Shown here: positions 11,966 to 24,471 of the stretch, one piece after another
Layout: each line of letters opens with the position of its first letter
How positions within the stretch are numbered: position 1 is the first letter of the stretch
Assembly (NCBI GenBank): GCA_001275005.1
Contig: JWZX01003391.1
Span: 1 to 64,000, forward strand
DNA: 64,000 nucleotides
DNA from: Chrysochromulina tobinii
Taxonomy: Eukaryota
Direction: 5' to 3'
Program-made: the position numbers and the translations under genes
The notes under the pieces: model-generated
What the model was told of the DNA's origin: nothing
Databases searched by the model: none
The model's input: the letters and a program-made list of their open reading frames with translations, nothing else

Positions 11966-12981
11966 GGCAGCTTACCGACGGGACGACCTGCCACGCACCT
12001 TGCATCACTCTGCTCTCGTGCGTTAGCTCCTCGTGCGCCGCAACCAAGGATGAAGACATATGGCATCTGATGAGGAGTCGGCCCGTCCATATGGCCCTGC
12101 CTTGCATGCAAGTGCTCATCACGGCGCCCCGTGGCCGGCCCTTCCATATGGCCCTGGCTTGAGGAATCAACCTCTCACACTCGACGATCTCCGCGACGCG
12201 GCATCTCTGCTTCGTGTACTTTATGCGGTCTGCGTTCTCTGATTCTGGGCAGGCATCCAAAAGTAGGTACGACGGGACGGACACTGGTCGAATGCGGGCG
12301 CGCAACCCTTGAAACCAGGCACGACCGCCGCACGACGGTGTTCACAGTGCAGTGTCCGGACCAGGACTACACGTGCGTGGTACCTATACGGGAAAACGCA
12401 CGACACCGGTGTGATAGAGAGGGTTAACGATGTTCGAGTAAAATCCGACTACACGATGTTTCCTGATTCCTCACTCATGGTCATGCCTCCAGACCTCATC
12501 GCCGCCCGCCCGCGGCGCGTGTAGCGTCTACAGTGTAGGGCCGTACATGAGGGTGTAGCGTATACCCGTGACGGCGGCGTGTTATCTGTAAATATGACGG
12601 CGAGTGCGGGTCTTGTCCATACGCGGCGCGCGCGCGCCATGCGTAGCCGAACCGGACCCGACCCGGACGTCGGGGAAGTGGACGGAAGTCGGAACGCCGC
12701 GTGGCGCGAGGCGTCACGGCGTTCACAAGGCGCTGTGCCGCTGTCTCTTCAACTCCGGGACTGTCCGCGCGGTACGTGGGTATCCGGTGGACAAACATTA
12801 ACATAACACGTTAAACCGTTACCGGGTCGGAACCAACTAATATAATTAGACGATTTGACCTAAACGCTAAGCGTAACATCTAACAAGGGGCTACAATTTA
12901 CTCGCGTCGCTGAAACATTGGCAGATGCCGAAGAAGTGACATGTCGCGCAAGACTCACCGGTGTGTAAAGCCACCATCGCC

Positions 12982-15545
12982 CTAGCGCCCGGGCCTCGCG
13001 CTGTTCGGCCTGCGCGGAGTGCCCGACACGGTCGCTCTGGTGCTGGCGCGCGCCGTGAGTGGCGTGGCTGCCGCAGCTCCCCCTGGGGGAACGGGGGCGG
13101 CGGTGCTTGGTCTCCGGGGGCTCTTGGAGATCGCATCTCCCGTCTTGACGCGACGCCTCTCCTCGATGAAGCCGGCAACTTCGATCTCGAGCGCCTCCTC
13201 GAGCTCCGTGGCGGCGGTGGCGGCCGCCGCTGCAGCGGCGCGCGTCGAACCGGGCGTGACGACGGGCGTCGGCTCCACGACCGGCGGACCCACACGCACA
13301 TTGAGCAGCGCCGCCTGCCGCTCAGTCATAAGTAGATCAGCTGCCTCTCGCTCCGCGTACACTGCCGCGAGGCCCGTCGGAGCGCCCGAGACGCGCAGCG
13401 TCGTACCGGGCGCGCCCAAGCTCCGCTGCGTACCGTCGGGCAGCGTCGTGCCGGGCACTTGGAAGTGGACGGAACCCCTCGCAGAGCCCTTGTGCGCGCT
13501 CGATACAGCGCTCGAGCCAGGCCGAGGAGCGCTTGCCTGCGTCTTGGGCTGCATGGGCGGCGCCGGGGCAATCATGGAGGCTCGCGCCGCGTTCGCGCCG
13601 CCGAGAGAGCGGCTGGGCGCCGCCGTCTTGAGCGCGCCGCCGCTGCCCGTGCTGCCGGTGCCTGGCCCCTCGACGCCTTCGTCGCCCTCGACGGAGAGGG
13701 TGTGCAGCTTCTCGAGGCGCGATTCGCTCGCCTTGAGCAGCCCCATCACGTACGCCTCGAGGGCCGCACTGTCATCGACGCTGGCCGCGCCTGCGCCTGT
13801 GCCTGCGCCTGTGCCTGCGCCTGCGCCTGCGCCCGGTACGGCGCCCACGCCCGGATCTGTCGCGCTATGATCGCCCATGATGGCCGCGTTCTCCGCGGCA
13901 AAAGGAGCGGGCGGCTGCATGGCTCGTCTGCTCATGTGGTCGTCTGGGGCGGGCCCAAGTGCGGGTACGCACGACGCGACGCGGCGCAGTACCGCGGCGA
14001 GTCCGGTGGCAATCTGCAGCTGCAGCTGGTGCGCCTCCACCGCCCGCTCCTCGTGCAGCCGCAGCCGAAACGCCGCACGCGTCAAGTTAGGCTCGAGTTC
14101 TTTGAGACTAGCCTCCGTCTGCGCGGTGGTGGTGCCGCTGTAGCGCAGCTCCGCCAAGCGGCCGGTAAGCAGTTGCAGATGGGCTACGCCGTTCGTGCGC
14201 TTCGCCTGCAGCCGCTCTTGCTCGGCGAGCAACCCGCGCCGCGCCTCATCACGAGAGACGAACTTTTCGATGATCGATTGCATGCCGGCGTCGACGTCGG
14301 CCGTTTCGGCGCCAGCGGCCCGTGCCATCTCCGCAAAGCTCGCCTCGAGCGCCTGAGCGCGCGCGCCGCTGCCCTCGAGCTGGCTCATGTAGATCACATT
14401 CGCCTTCTTTTGAACATCATCCGCGCGCAGCAGATTCTGCTGCACCGAGGAGCCGCCGTGGCCGCCCACGCTCACGAGCACACCATGGGCCGCATGGGCC
14501 GCGGCCCCCTTGCCACTGTGGCTCCCGCTCGCGGCGGAGCTCGGCCGGCGCGGCTTGTCCTCGAGCATCGCCTCGCGCATCGCCTTCTGCTTCCGAGCAC
14601 GCGCCTGCTGCACGGCCTCCCACCTGGCCGCCTTCTCCCTGAGGAGCTCGATCTCCTCCCGGCGAGATTGTAGCTTTCTCGCGTACGTGGCGCGGTTGGT
14701 CGCGAGGACGGTGGCGGTCTCTCGCTTACCCGTCTGCGCGAGCGTCACCGCGCCGCGCGCGTACAACTCGAGCTGGTGCAGCTCCTTGTCTCCTTATCCA
14801 TCTGAAGACCATGGTCACGCAGCGTATCGATGTGAGCCAGAAGCGCCGCGTGCGCGTCGCGCAGCCGGAAGAGCATCATCTCGAGCGTCTCGGTATACAC
14901 GTCGACTTCCTCGAGCCGCGGCTCGAGCTCGATCACCTGGCGCTCTACCGCCACTCGCGCCGTCTCGAGCACCACCTGCGGATGGTTGCCGCCGAGCTGC
15001 ACCGAGAGCTCGAGCAGTGCGCGTGAGCTCGCCTCGATGGACGCGAGCCTCGCGTCGAGCTTGTCGAGGGCCGAGCTGCCCGCGTCCGATTTGAGCGTCG
15101 GACTACGCGCCCGGCCATCCTTCTTCTCGGCGGCCAAGGGCACGAGCGAGATCGCGTAGTTCTCCTGCGCGAGCCGCTCGAGCTGCTGCTGCATCTCCTC
15201 TGCCTGGCTCGCCAGCTCGCTGAACTGCAGGCGCAGAGTGTTGACCCGCTTCTCCGCGAGGTCGGCCTCGATGCTCTGGAGCGCCTGGCGCTGCACGACC
15301 CGCATCCCCATGCCCGCCTCATCGGCGGCCAGCGCCGACGCGACCAGCGGGTACCGATCGCTTAGGAGCGCTCGCCGCTTGAAAGTGGCGTCCTTCATCT
15401 TCTCGTGCTGCTCCCTGGCGGCGGCCGCGATGCCAGGTGACTTGGCCGGCTCCTGCGCGGTACAAGGTGACTTGGCCGGGTCCAGCACGAGGCCAAGCGC
15501 CGCGCGCTGCTCGGGGCTGAAGGGTTGCGGCCTATAAACGTCCAT
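12982..15545 (-). CDS. Long coiled-coil protein, possibly flagellar (outer dynein arm docking complex-like); frameshifted by an 8-nt duplication
   Basis: ORFs 14745-15545 and 12982-14766 join if 8 nt are removed from GATAAGGA-GACAAGGAG (- strand, ~14783-14799), giving 852 codons. Extended coiled coil; LEASFAEMARAAG...IIEKFVSRDE resembles ODA-DC subunits; RPSSA/RPNSA motifs. Confidence 0.55.
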
Positions 15546-15716
15546 TGCTGGGAGCCTCTCTCTCGTGAACTGCTGGGAGCCTCTCTCGTGAACTGTTCTG
15601 CATCAAGAGAGAGAGAGGCGTACCTTTCATCGCGCACACTCTCCGGACCCCAAGCACGGGGCCTCGAATTCATTTCACAGGACGGAGGCGTGACCCTTTT
15701 GGGGGCACGCCTCATC

Positions 15717-16534
15717 ATGGAGAATTCCAACCTATGCAAGGTTGGGTTGGGCTTGATCTGGTGCGGCCGCCAATGGCCGCCAAACAACCAGGGCTGGCAG
15801 CGCCCGAGCGATGAGCAAATCGACCTCATGCTGAGCACCGGCTTCGACCTGCTGGGTGACGGAGCGAAGCTCATGCTGGATACGGCCAGCGGCTACGGCG
15901 AGTCAGAGCAGCGCGTAGGGTCCTGGCTCACCAACAATGCCACATTGGCGAGCCGCTGCGTCATCGCGACAAAGTTCGGGGAGACCTTCAACTGCTCCAC
16001 GGGCGAAACGACGACCTGCCACACCGCGGCTGGGGCAATGACGGTGCTGGAGGCCAGCCTCCTCACGCTGAGCCGACCGATCGACCTGTTCTACTCACAC
16101 ATCACCTCGCAGCTCACGGAAGCCCAGGCTGAGGCTGTGCTCGCTGACGACGGGCTACGGCATGCTCTCGTCTCTGCCAAGGCCGAGGGCAAGGTTGGAA
16201 TGCTGGGCACCTCCTGCAGCTATCCCAACGTGGTGCGCACGGCCTTGCGCAAGGGCTGGCTAGACGAGCTTGCGGTGGTGCAGCTGCCTGCCAGAACTTG
16301 CGTGGCAGAGCCCGAGCTAATCGCCGAGCTACGTGCGGCAGGCAAGTTGGTGATTGCCAATTCTCCCGTTCGGCGGGTGTTGGCAGCCCCCGATGAGGCG
16401 GTTACGAACGAGCGGCGGTTACGAACGAGCTGATGGCAGCGTGCCCGGAGGTCGCGTGCGTGCTTGTGGGGACAGGGAAGCAAGAGCGGTTGAGGCATAT
16501 AGCTGGATGCATCCTGTCTTCCAGTTCCGCGTGA
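15717..16534 (+). CDS. Aldo/keto reductase family protein (frameshifted by a 17-nt duplication)
   Basis: Motifs LDTASGYGESEQRVG, VIATKFG, SLLTLSRPIDLFYSH, AKAEGKVGMLGTS. Removing one copy of GGCGGTTACGAACGAGC (16397-16430) restores an AKR-type C-terminus (CPEVACVLVGTGKQERL) ending at TGA 16532-16534. Confidence 0.85.
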
Positions 16535-16801
16535 CCCCACGGTGACGGGTCTTCTTACTTCAACTTGGAACTTCTAGTTCTACGGAGTTTTAATCGTTAT
16601 AAACGGCGCGCGAGAGAGGACAATATTCGTCTGACATTTATACGTTCTGTGCTGAATGCTGCGGCGGCAGACCTGCGGGACGCCCCCGACTACTATCTCA
16701 ACTGAACTCCAGACTCTTTCCTATAGATCGGATCGCAACGCTTTTCACAGCCGTGCCGTGCTACGAGATGAATTGTGACGTGTTTTACATTCGTGTGATC
16801 C

Positions 16802-17437
16802 TCATTGGCCAAATGAGATACTGTACGAGCCAGTGTTCGGGTCCTTGACGGCCTTGAAATTGTCGAGGCTCAAGCCGAACTTGCCGAGCACCGAGTTGCC
16901 TAGATCCTTAAGCTTACCCAGCATCTCCTCTTTTTGCTTCTCGAGCTTTTCCGCTGACGCCTTCTCGAGGCGCGAGACGGCGGCGACGAGGCCCTTGTCG
17001 GATGGGTCGAGTGCGGCAGCGGTCTTGGCGTCCTCGAGCGCCTCGGTCGGCTGGTCGAGCGCCTCGCGAGCCAGCGCGCGGCGCACGAGAGCCTTTGTGT
17101 ACTGCGGCTGCAGCTCGAGTGCCGCCGTGCAGTCATCGACCACACCCTCATGCTCGTCGATCTTGGCGAAAGCCGCGGCACGATTGGCGAAGAATACGGC
17201 ACGTTCGGGTTCGTCCGGCGGCATCACCTCGATCGCGTGTGTGTAGCAGTCGATCGCTGCGTCCCACTCCTGTGCCTTGAAATGCACATTGCCGCGCTCC
17301 TTGTGTGCGCGGGCCTCGGCGAGTATTTCTTCGGGCACGGGCACGGGCACGGGCAGTGGCGGCGGAGGCGGTGGCGCTGGTGCCTCTTTGCTTTTGTCGT
17401 GGTGATGCGCCACGTCGTCCGTGCTGATGCTCGCCAT
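16802..17437 (-). CDS. TTC1: Tetratricopeptide repeat protein 1-like
   Basis: Three TPRs (KERGNVHFK, FFANRAAAF, YTKALVRRA) and the characteristic tail EMLGKLKDLGNSVLGKFGLSLDNF...GSYSISF. Confidence 0.85.
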   Translation of the reverse strand: MASISTDDVAHHHDKSKEAPAPPPPPPLPVPVPVPEEILAEARAHKERGNVHFKAQEWDAAIDCYTHAIEVMPPDEPERAVFFANRAAAFAKIDEHEGVVDDCTAALELQPQYTKALVRRALAREALDQPTEALEDAKTAAALDPSDKGLVAAVSRLEKASAEKLEKQKEEMLGKLKDLGNSVLGKFGLSLDNFKAVKDPNTGSYSISFGQ

Positions 17438-17518
17438 TTCGCTCTGCGAAGAGGTCCTGAAGAAGTGTGAACTAGAAGTGTGACAGAAGAAAAAAATCCT
17501 ATCAAACGACCTGGGGAC

Positions 17519-19552
17519 CTACGGAGACGCTGCCCGCGCTACGGTAGACACTGGACGGAACACCGCGCTGCCAACCTGGTAAGGCGGAGCAGACATCGCA
17601 CCAGTCCTCGCGCCCATCGTGACCCCGCGCCCGCCGAGGTCGGAGGCTTCGGTCGCTGCAGGCCCTCCAGCGACGCTGACGCTCGAGGCAGTGGAGCCCG
17701 CGGGCGCCACGTCTTCAAATGTGGCCGGCGCGACGGCCGGTCGCTGCAGTGGCTCCTCCTCGTCCTCCTCGAGTACCTCTGTTTGAGGCTTCCATGCTAG
17801 AGGCCTCGGGGCTGGTTGAGCTGGAGGTGCTAGCGCGGGCGCCGTCGATAATGCGGATGCCCTGAACAGGCCAGGGCGCATGCCATCCTGGCGAACTTCT
17901 GGCATGCGAATGTGCAGTTTGACCAAGTCGCCCTTCGGTGCACGTACCTCTGGAGCCCTGTCGCGCTGCTTCTCCTCTCCGAGTCGGATCATTGCGCTCC
18001 CCTCCGCAACGTCTTGGTGGCGTATGGCGTCCATGCTACGAGCGTCGGCCTCGGTGACCTTTTTGTGCGCTTCCATCCCCCATTTTCCGTCATGTATGCG
18101 GCTCTCTGATAGAAATGTCCGCACGCCCGTCTTGCCACGAGTGTGTCCCGCGACCCGCGCCTGCAGTGACACCTGCTGCGACGCTGCGTCAGCGACCGAC
18201 TGCGCCTTGAGAGCGAGCGTGATGCGTCTACAAAACACCCTCATGTACGCCGAAGCTCTTAACATACCCTGGAGGTTGAGCGAGGGCAGCTGGGCGACTG
18301 CATCTTCCACCACGTGAACGTGCGCACGTGCCTCGGCAAATGATCCTGCGAGCGCGGCGTCTTTTGAGCGCTGCAACACCTCGTTGAGATGCTTCTTCAC
18401 CATTTGTTCCACCTCCTGCAACCGGCTCCTCGCGTGGCGCGCAGCAGCTGAGCTGCCCACGGACTCGAGGTGCCGCAGCTGTTGCAGCTGGCGTTCCGGC
18501 GCGTCGTACTGCTTTTCCTTGATATTCTTCAACCATTCGTCGGCCATGTCGATTCGAGCAAGCTTCGTCTTCTCGGGACGAGACAATGGACGGAACGTCG
18601 CTGCTCGCCGCCAGAAAACTTCCCCGACATGGGTCTCGTGAAGGGCAGTACAGTGGCGGCGGCCGGATTTGGCAGGCGACGGCGATCGCGGGCGGGTGAG
18701 AAGGAGTCCATCCGCGGGCGGCAGCTGGAAGACAGTCGGCCGCGCTGACTGAAGGTGGGGAGGTGAAGGAGGCGAGCGATGTGCCACGACTTTGCCAGCC
18801 TCGAGTGAGTCGAGCATGCTCACACCCCACGTGCTCGTGAACGCACCAAGCTGGAAGCCTGCAAACTCGATATCTTCGTACTCTCGCCAAACGAACCCTG
18901 CTTCGGCCGAGCCTCGGGCGACTTGATCGAAAAGCTGGTACAAGAAGGTAGCGAAGACCTGTGCGTCGCTGCCCACAGACCAAGCTTCGACGAGGGCAAA
19001 CAAGCCCGCCTCGAACTGGCGACGAGAAATGCCCGCAGCTGCTCCGTGAGGTTGCTGAGAAGTGCCAACATTCCGATGCCACTCCTCCTCTGCGACCCTC
19101 CGCGCGTCGGACTCGTTCCAGAGCTCGTACAGAGCTTTGAAGAGCTTCATCGAGACGATGACGTACTGTTCCCTATCCATGAGAGCATCATCCGACGCCC
19201 CAGAAGTTGCAGCCGTCCACAAGAGTGAGAACACTGCCTTGACGCGCGGGTCGTCGCGTGGAGGATGAAATTCACGTGTTCGAATTCGTGCGCTCCCCTG
19301 CGCGTAGGGCCGCAGCCATATGCGCTGCGGGCACTGGTACTGATTCACATGCAGTCTCTTGTGGTTGTGGAGCCTTGGCGGTGGTCTGTGGCTTGGCGGC
19401 GGCACTGAGCCGCTCGATGAGCCGCGACGCAGACTCTCCGCCTCCGCAGCGGTCGCCTGGATCAATGCCGCAGCCGCCTCGAGCGCCTCCCTCACCGCCT
19501 GGTCATATCGGTCGTGCTCGTCGTCCATTCTCGGCGCTTCGGCCGAGGCCAT
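17519..19552 (-). CDS. Hypothetical protein with a degenerate EF-hand-like helical segment
   Basis: 677-aa ATG-started ORF; segment MDREQYVIVSMKLFKAL...ISRRQFEAGLFALVEAW looks conserved; family not identified. Confidence 0.55.
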   Translation of the reverse strand: MASAEAPRMDDEHDRYDQAVREALEAAAALIQATAAEAESLRRGSSSGSVPPPSHRPPPRLHNHKRLHVNQYQCPQRIWLRPYAQGSARIRTREFHPPRDDPRVKAVFSLLWTAATSGASDDALMDREQYVIVSMKLFKALYELWNESDARRVAEEEWHRNVGTSQQPHGAAAGISRRQFEAGLFALVEAWSVGSDAQVFATFLYQLFDQVARGSAEAGFVWREYEDIEFAGFQLGAFTSTWGVSMLDSLEAGKVVAHRSPPSPPHLQSARPTVFQLPPADGLLLTRPRSPSPAKSGRRHCTALHETHVGEVFWRRAATFRPLSRPEKTKLARIDMADEWLKNIKEKQYDAPERQLQQLRHLESVGSSAAARHARSRLQEVEQMVKKHLNEVLQRSKDAALAGSFAEARAHVHVVEDAVAQLPSLNLQGMLRASAYMRVFCRRITLALKAQSVADAASQQVSLQARVAGHTRGKTGVRTFLSESRIHDGKWGMEAHKKVTEADARSMDAIRHQDVAEGSAMIRLGEEKQRDRAPEVRAPKGDLVKLHIRMPEVRQDGMRPGLFRASALSTAPALAPPAQPAPRPLAWKPQTEVLEEDEEEPLQRPAVAPATFEDVAPAGSTASSVSVAGGPAATEASDLGGRGVTMGARTGAMSAPPYQVGSAVFRPVSTVARAASP

Positions 19553-19982
19553 GCTGTTGCGTATTGCCTCGCGACGCGCTCGCTCGTGCTCGCGATATTT
19601 TGAACATCTGACTAGATACGGACTATAATATCTACCGGTACGGTAAAAAGACTCCGGGGGAGCCTATATACTAAGTATCGGTTCGCGATTCCTAATTGAT
19701 CCACTCATCACAGAGATGACACTGGTACCTGGTGTACAATTATTAGGATCGGTAACACGGCGCACGGCAACTTACCTTCGGCTTCGCGTGTACGCGTGAT
19801 GACACAATTCGCGTTCTGGAGAAAACGCCGCTGGCACCCGAATCGGACAGAAGTGAACCCTCTATAGTCCCTAACGACTGAGACACTCATCATTGTCAAC
19901 AACCCCGCCCCGCGCACACACAATCATCCACATTGACCCGGGACCCGGGCGGGTTGCTGGCGCGCATATCTCTGCACGTCGC

Positions 19983-21333
19983 TCACGCCGTCTTCTTCAG
20001 GCGGTCGGGGTGGTCTCCTTCTCCGCTGCCGGGTGTGAGCGCTCTCGTCAACTGAGTGGTGTCGCGCAGTGCGGCGAAGAGGCATCCGACACCGCCACCC
20101 GCGGCCGCCGGCGCGTTGCGCTTCGTCAGGCAATGCGTGACCAGGCCTACGGCGACCTCTTGGTAGGCCTCGAGCGCGGCCGATGAGGCGATCCGCCGGC
20201 TCGGGTCGCGAGCCCCGGCGAAGCCGAGTGCGGTGCGGCACACTTCCATGAGGCAGAAGCCCACAGCGTCCGTCTCGATGCGCTCGAGCTCTCTGGTGTT
20301 CACAGCCTCGCGGGTGCGTAGCACCTGCACGTACGCCGCCCCAGAGCGTCTCAATCGCCTCGTTCAGCGCGACCAGAGTCCCCTCCGGCCGCGACGCAGC
20401 GGGGGCGACCTGGCAACGGAAGAGGTGAGCAAGCACGAAGCCACTGAAGAGAGATCCCACATCCAAGCCGGGCGGTGCGTACGCGCAGAACTCGGGATCG
20501 ATCACCTTGACGCGCCCGCTCCCGTCCTCGCTGATCATCACACTCCCCGGATGGAGGTCCCCATGGCACAGGACGAGCCGGTCGTGTGGGTCGAAGGTGT
20601 ACCCGAGGTACTTGGCACGCAGCAATGAGACTTCCCGCATCACTGCAGGGTCCTCTGCAAGGGTTCGCCCGCGCGTGCTGTGGGTGAAGCAAATGCTGAA
20701 GACGTGCTCAAGCTGGATCGCGCGCAGCGCCGGGTTCCAATAGGCCACGGCGCTATCGGCCACGGCAGTCGGTGAGCTTTGCACCAGAGAGGCCAGATGC
20801 ACGTGCCCCAAGTATGTGCCAAGATGGACCGCAGCGGCACGCGGCACGGAGCCCTCCTCGAAGATGACGTCAAACAGGACTCGAAAGCCACTCAAGTACT
20901 CCATGACCACCACCGTGGACTCGGCGTCAAAGTGCACGATCCTCGGAAGGTACTCTGCTGCGCGGTCGCCACCTAACGCCCTGGCAGCGTCTGAATAGTA
21001 CCGTATCTCGCGGGCCATGCGTTCACGCTCGAGCTTCATTTGTGGCTGCCACTTGAGGAACCCGTGAGCCTGTTTGACAAAGATTTGGTGGCCGAATCTG
21101 CCAGTGACGCAAAAGGAGAAGTTGACGTTGCCATCTGTGATCTCACGAGCATCGAGGTGGCTCAGGAAAAGCCGGCCGAAGAGCGCCGCGATGAAAGTTG
21201 GTAGTTTGCGCTCGTCCGGCAGCAGCCATTTGAGCAGCCATGCTGCAATGTCTCTGGGAGTGAATTCGCGCGGCTGCTCGCAGCGCAGCGCCCAGCGCGC
21301 GAGCCAGATCTTTACAGAGCCAGGGGTCGACAT
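19983..21333 (-). CDS. mtnK: 5-methylthioribose kinase (one apparent +1 frameshift)
   Basis: Motifs EITDGNVNFSF, IFVKQA, VVVMEYL, LCHGDLHPGSVMI, VKVIDPEFCAYAPPGLDVG, and DAVGFCLMEVCRTALGFAG in the next frame. An extra G in the G-run at ~20340 separates the two frames. Confidence 0.85.
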
Positions 21334-22053
21334 TTGTCGCAAGAACACGAGATGGGAGGCACGAAGCACGCGTCGAGGAATTTCCGACTCTCGCGTCCGC
21401 CGGTCGCGGGTGCTCGCCGCAACGCGTGCTTCGGCGCAGACGATTCGTCGCGGTCCCCCCGCGCTCATCACACCGTCTCAAAGGGCGGCTCCGCACCCCT
21501 CGGTCAACACAATTGCTGAATACTCGTTCTCTCGGGTTAATCATTTCGATAGTGAGGTCGGTCACGGTCTCTCCCAGCACACACGAGACAGGGTGGAGCC
21601 CTGGTGCTTGCTGCAGCGCACTCGAGCCCCGCGATGCGGCATGCACCAGTGGACGTCGTGCACTGACTACTAGCGAACAGCATGTTTGCAAAGCACTCTT
21701 GGCGCAATTCTTGGCCCAAGCTACGAAAGTTTTTCGGTGCCGCGTCCGAATTGCGAATACAATCATCTCTGAAAACGAGACCCGGTGCGGCGTGACCAAA
21801 AAGCCGGGCTGCCGGGGCCGCGAAGGCCGAGAAGGGCTGCCGAAGCGAACTAAAGTACTATACAATGCACAATTGATACCGTAGTATGCGAGCTATAATG
21901 AACCTACACGCCGGCACATGCACTTATGATGCATCCGTATGTTGATGAACACATATTCAACCGAGTAAGAGTAGTATTCCTTCAACTGGCGTTCTGATGA
22001 CGGTCGTTAAAGCGTGATCCGACAACCGAGCAACACATGCCTGCCATGCATTT

Positions 22054-22548
22054 TCATGCCCCAAGTGCTTGCAGAGCAGAACTGGAGCTTCGATTCTTAC
22101 TCATCGCGTCTCGTATCAGAGCAAACATGTCGCTATGTCTACCACCAGGCAGCGCGACTGTAGAGGTGATGATCATGAATTCGTCAAACTCGATGGTCCC
22201 GTTGCCGTCTGCATCGAGCGCAAACAAAATGGCATCCAGATCCGCCTTGCTCGGCTCCTGCCCAGCTGAGACGAGCACGTTCCTGATATCGTCACGAGTA
22301 ATGTGACTGTCGCCATCTGTATCGAAAAGATCAAATCCAGCGCTCACATCCTGAATGAAGTTGAAGAAAGTTCCCATGTCGTCTGCGGCAGCGCTATGAG
22401 CCACGGCGTCGTCCCAGTCAGGGACCACGGATAACCTTGTGGCTCTTGCCAATAATGGTCTACGACTGGCTGCAGGTAATGAGCGAGGCGCCACAAAATA
22501 GCACACAGCGCCAGGCCAAAGCAAGGTCATCAGCGACAAAAAACTCAT
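22054..22548 (-). CDS. Calmodulin-like EF-hand protein with N-terminal targeting leader
   Basis: EF loops DTDGDSHITRDD and DADGNGTIEFDEF; hydrophobic leader followed by an Arg/Ser/Ala-rich segment. Confidence 0.8.
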   Translation of the reverse strand: MSFLSLMTLLWPGAVCYFVAPRSLPAASRRPLLARATRLSVVPDWDDAVAHSAAADDMGTFFNFIQDVSAGFDLFDTDGDSHITRDDIRNVLVSAGQEPSKADLDAILFALDADGNGTIEFDEFMIITSTVALPGGRHSDMFALIRDAMSKNRSSSSALQALGA

Positions 22549-22712
22549 CCGCTCGCGAAGCATCCCTCACACGCGAACCTGAGCCCTGCGAGACGCCGAC
22601 AAAATTCGTCAAACTGCGCTGTTCATTTGGGGGTCTCAGCCAAAAACCAAAAACCTTCTCCAATGGAACTCAAGTTTACAAGTTCACAGCAGCGTGCTTG
22701 CTTGCTTCAAGT

Positions 22713-24189
22713 TTACAGCACCTCATAGTTCGTTGCGCGCGCAGCTGCAACGTCGGCGCGTTGCAGGTAGAGGAGGAGCAGTAGCTGCACTGCGCTCGCC
22801 GCAAAGGTGACGAGCAGCGGCACCTGGTACCCTCCGAAGGCGTCGTGCAGGTAGCCGATGAGTGCGCTGGTACACGCGGTGCTCAGCAGAATGGCCGAGT
22901 ACGCGGCTGACTGGAGCCGTGGCAGGTCGCGTCGGCCAAAGAGCCTCGCGGGCAGGCAGGTCGAGGGTGCCAAAGACGAGCCCAAACGGCAGCCCGACAC
23001 AGACCGCGTATGCGACGAGCCGCGGGATCGAGGTGGCGAAGACGAGCCCGCCATGCACGTCCCCACCGAGCAGCCTTCCCATGTGCACATCGAGCAAGAG
23101 GAGGTGCGAGCCGCACAAGGCGGTTGGCGCGACCACGAAGAGGAACGCGCGCGCGTACGGCAGCGCGGCTGTGGGGAGCGCTAGCAGCACGCCGCTGCCG
23201 AGCTTGCCGGCCACGGCGCACAGGAACTGCACCGACACTATCGCGGTGCCGGCGGTCACCTCGAGGTGCGATCCCGTCCGTAGGGCGGTCAGGAGCTGGC
23301 CCGAGAGGAAGGAGCCATACGCGAGGTGTAGGAAGAGGCAGAGCCAGAGCGCCCAGAAGGCACCGCTGCGCATGGCCTGCTCTGCGCTCACGCCGTCCGG
23401 CTTGCCCGAGCCGGGCGGCGGCGTCTCGTGGATCGGGACGTCTCGTGCGCCGCACTCGTCATTGGAGGATCCATACGGGTGGCTACCGGCCTCTGTCTCT
23501 GGTGAAGCCATCGCGGACTTCGCCTTGCCACCGACGGCCAGGTCGCCCGGGACGACGCGAGCGGAGCCTCCGACGGCCAGTGGGCCCGGACGCAGCTTGA
23601 AGAGGAGCAGGGGCAGTAGCAGCACGTAGCTGAAGACGACGGCCCAGAGGACGCGCTGCCAGCCCGCCGATGCAAGGAGCGGCGACAGGAACAGCGGCAG
23701 GAGCGCGCCAGCGATTGAGAAGGACGATGCGACGCACGTCGCGGCGACGCTCACGAGTACGTCAAAGTGCGTCGCCGTCAAGCAGACAAAGCAAGGCTGT
23801 TCGGCGAACGAACTAACGGCCACGAGCAGAACGAGCACGGGGCCAAACAGTGTATTCGTCGTGGTCAGCGCGAGGAGGGCGAGGAGTACCGCGACGGCAC
23901 CCATCGTAGCGATGGCGCACCAGTGCATGCCGATGCGATCCATGGCCGGCCCGGCGAGCCACGCGCTGATAGCCGCCTTGAGCAGATTGCCGATTCCCAT
24001 CGCCAGATTGATCGACGCGATGGTTGCGCCCTCCACTGTCCGCGTCAGGTCGAGCATAATGAGGGCTATAATGTGGGTGTGTGCGCCGCTGAGCAATATG
24101 TAGGCCGAGAGGGAAAGACAGAGCACGTGCCCTGACCGAAAGATTTCGACCATGCCAGCGCTTACCATCGAGCTCCGCGGTGGCCGCAT
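22713..24189 (-). CDS. Major facilitator superfamily transporter (one apparent +1 frameshift)
   Basis: About 12 hydrophobic segments; motifs AGPAMDRIG, GWQR, SGAFWAL, LIGYLHDAFGGYQ. One extra base near 22964 separates the C-terminal frame (ends 22713). Confidence 0.85.
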
Positions 24190-24471
24190 GTGCGTGCCTA
24201 CGAGAGGCGCGTCCTCGGTGTCGCTCCTGGACGAAATGATGACCGTGATGACTGGGAGTAGGGAGAGTGAAGCAAAACACGAAGCGTGGCGCGTCCGACG
24301 CGAACTCGGTCAGGGTGGCAGCCAGGGGTACTGTCGTGTACAAAACTTTGTTTCGTCAACTGTTCGCATCCGCATGTCCAGATTCAACATGACGCGACAG
24401 TACTCCACTGCGTGCGCTCAAAATGAACCAGACTGCGCTCTCAGTCGTGTGTGCACGCTTGGCTACAAACG

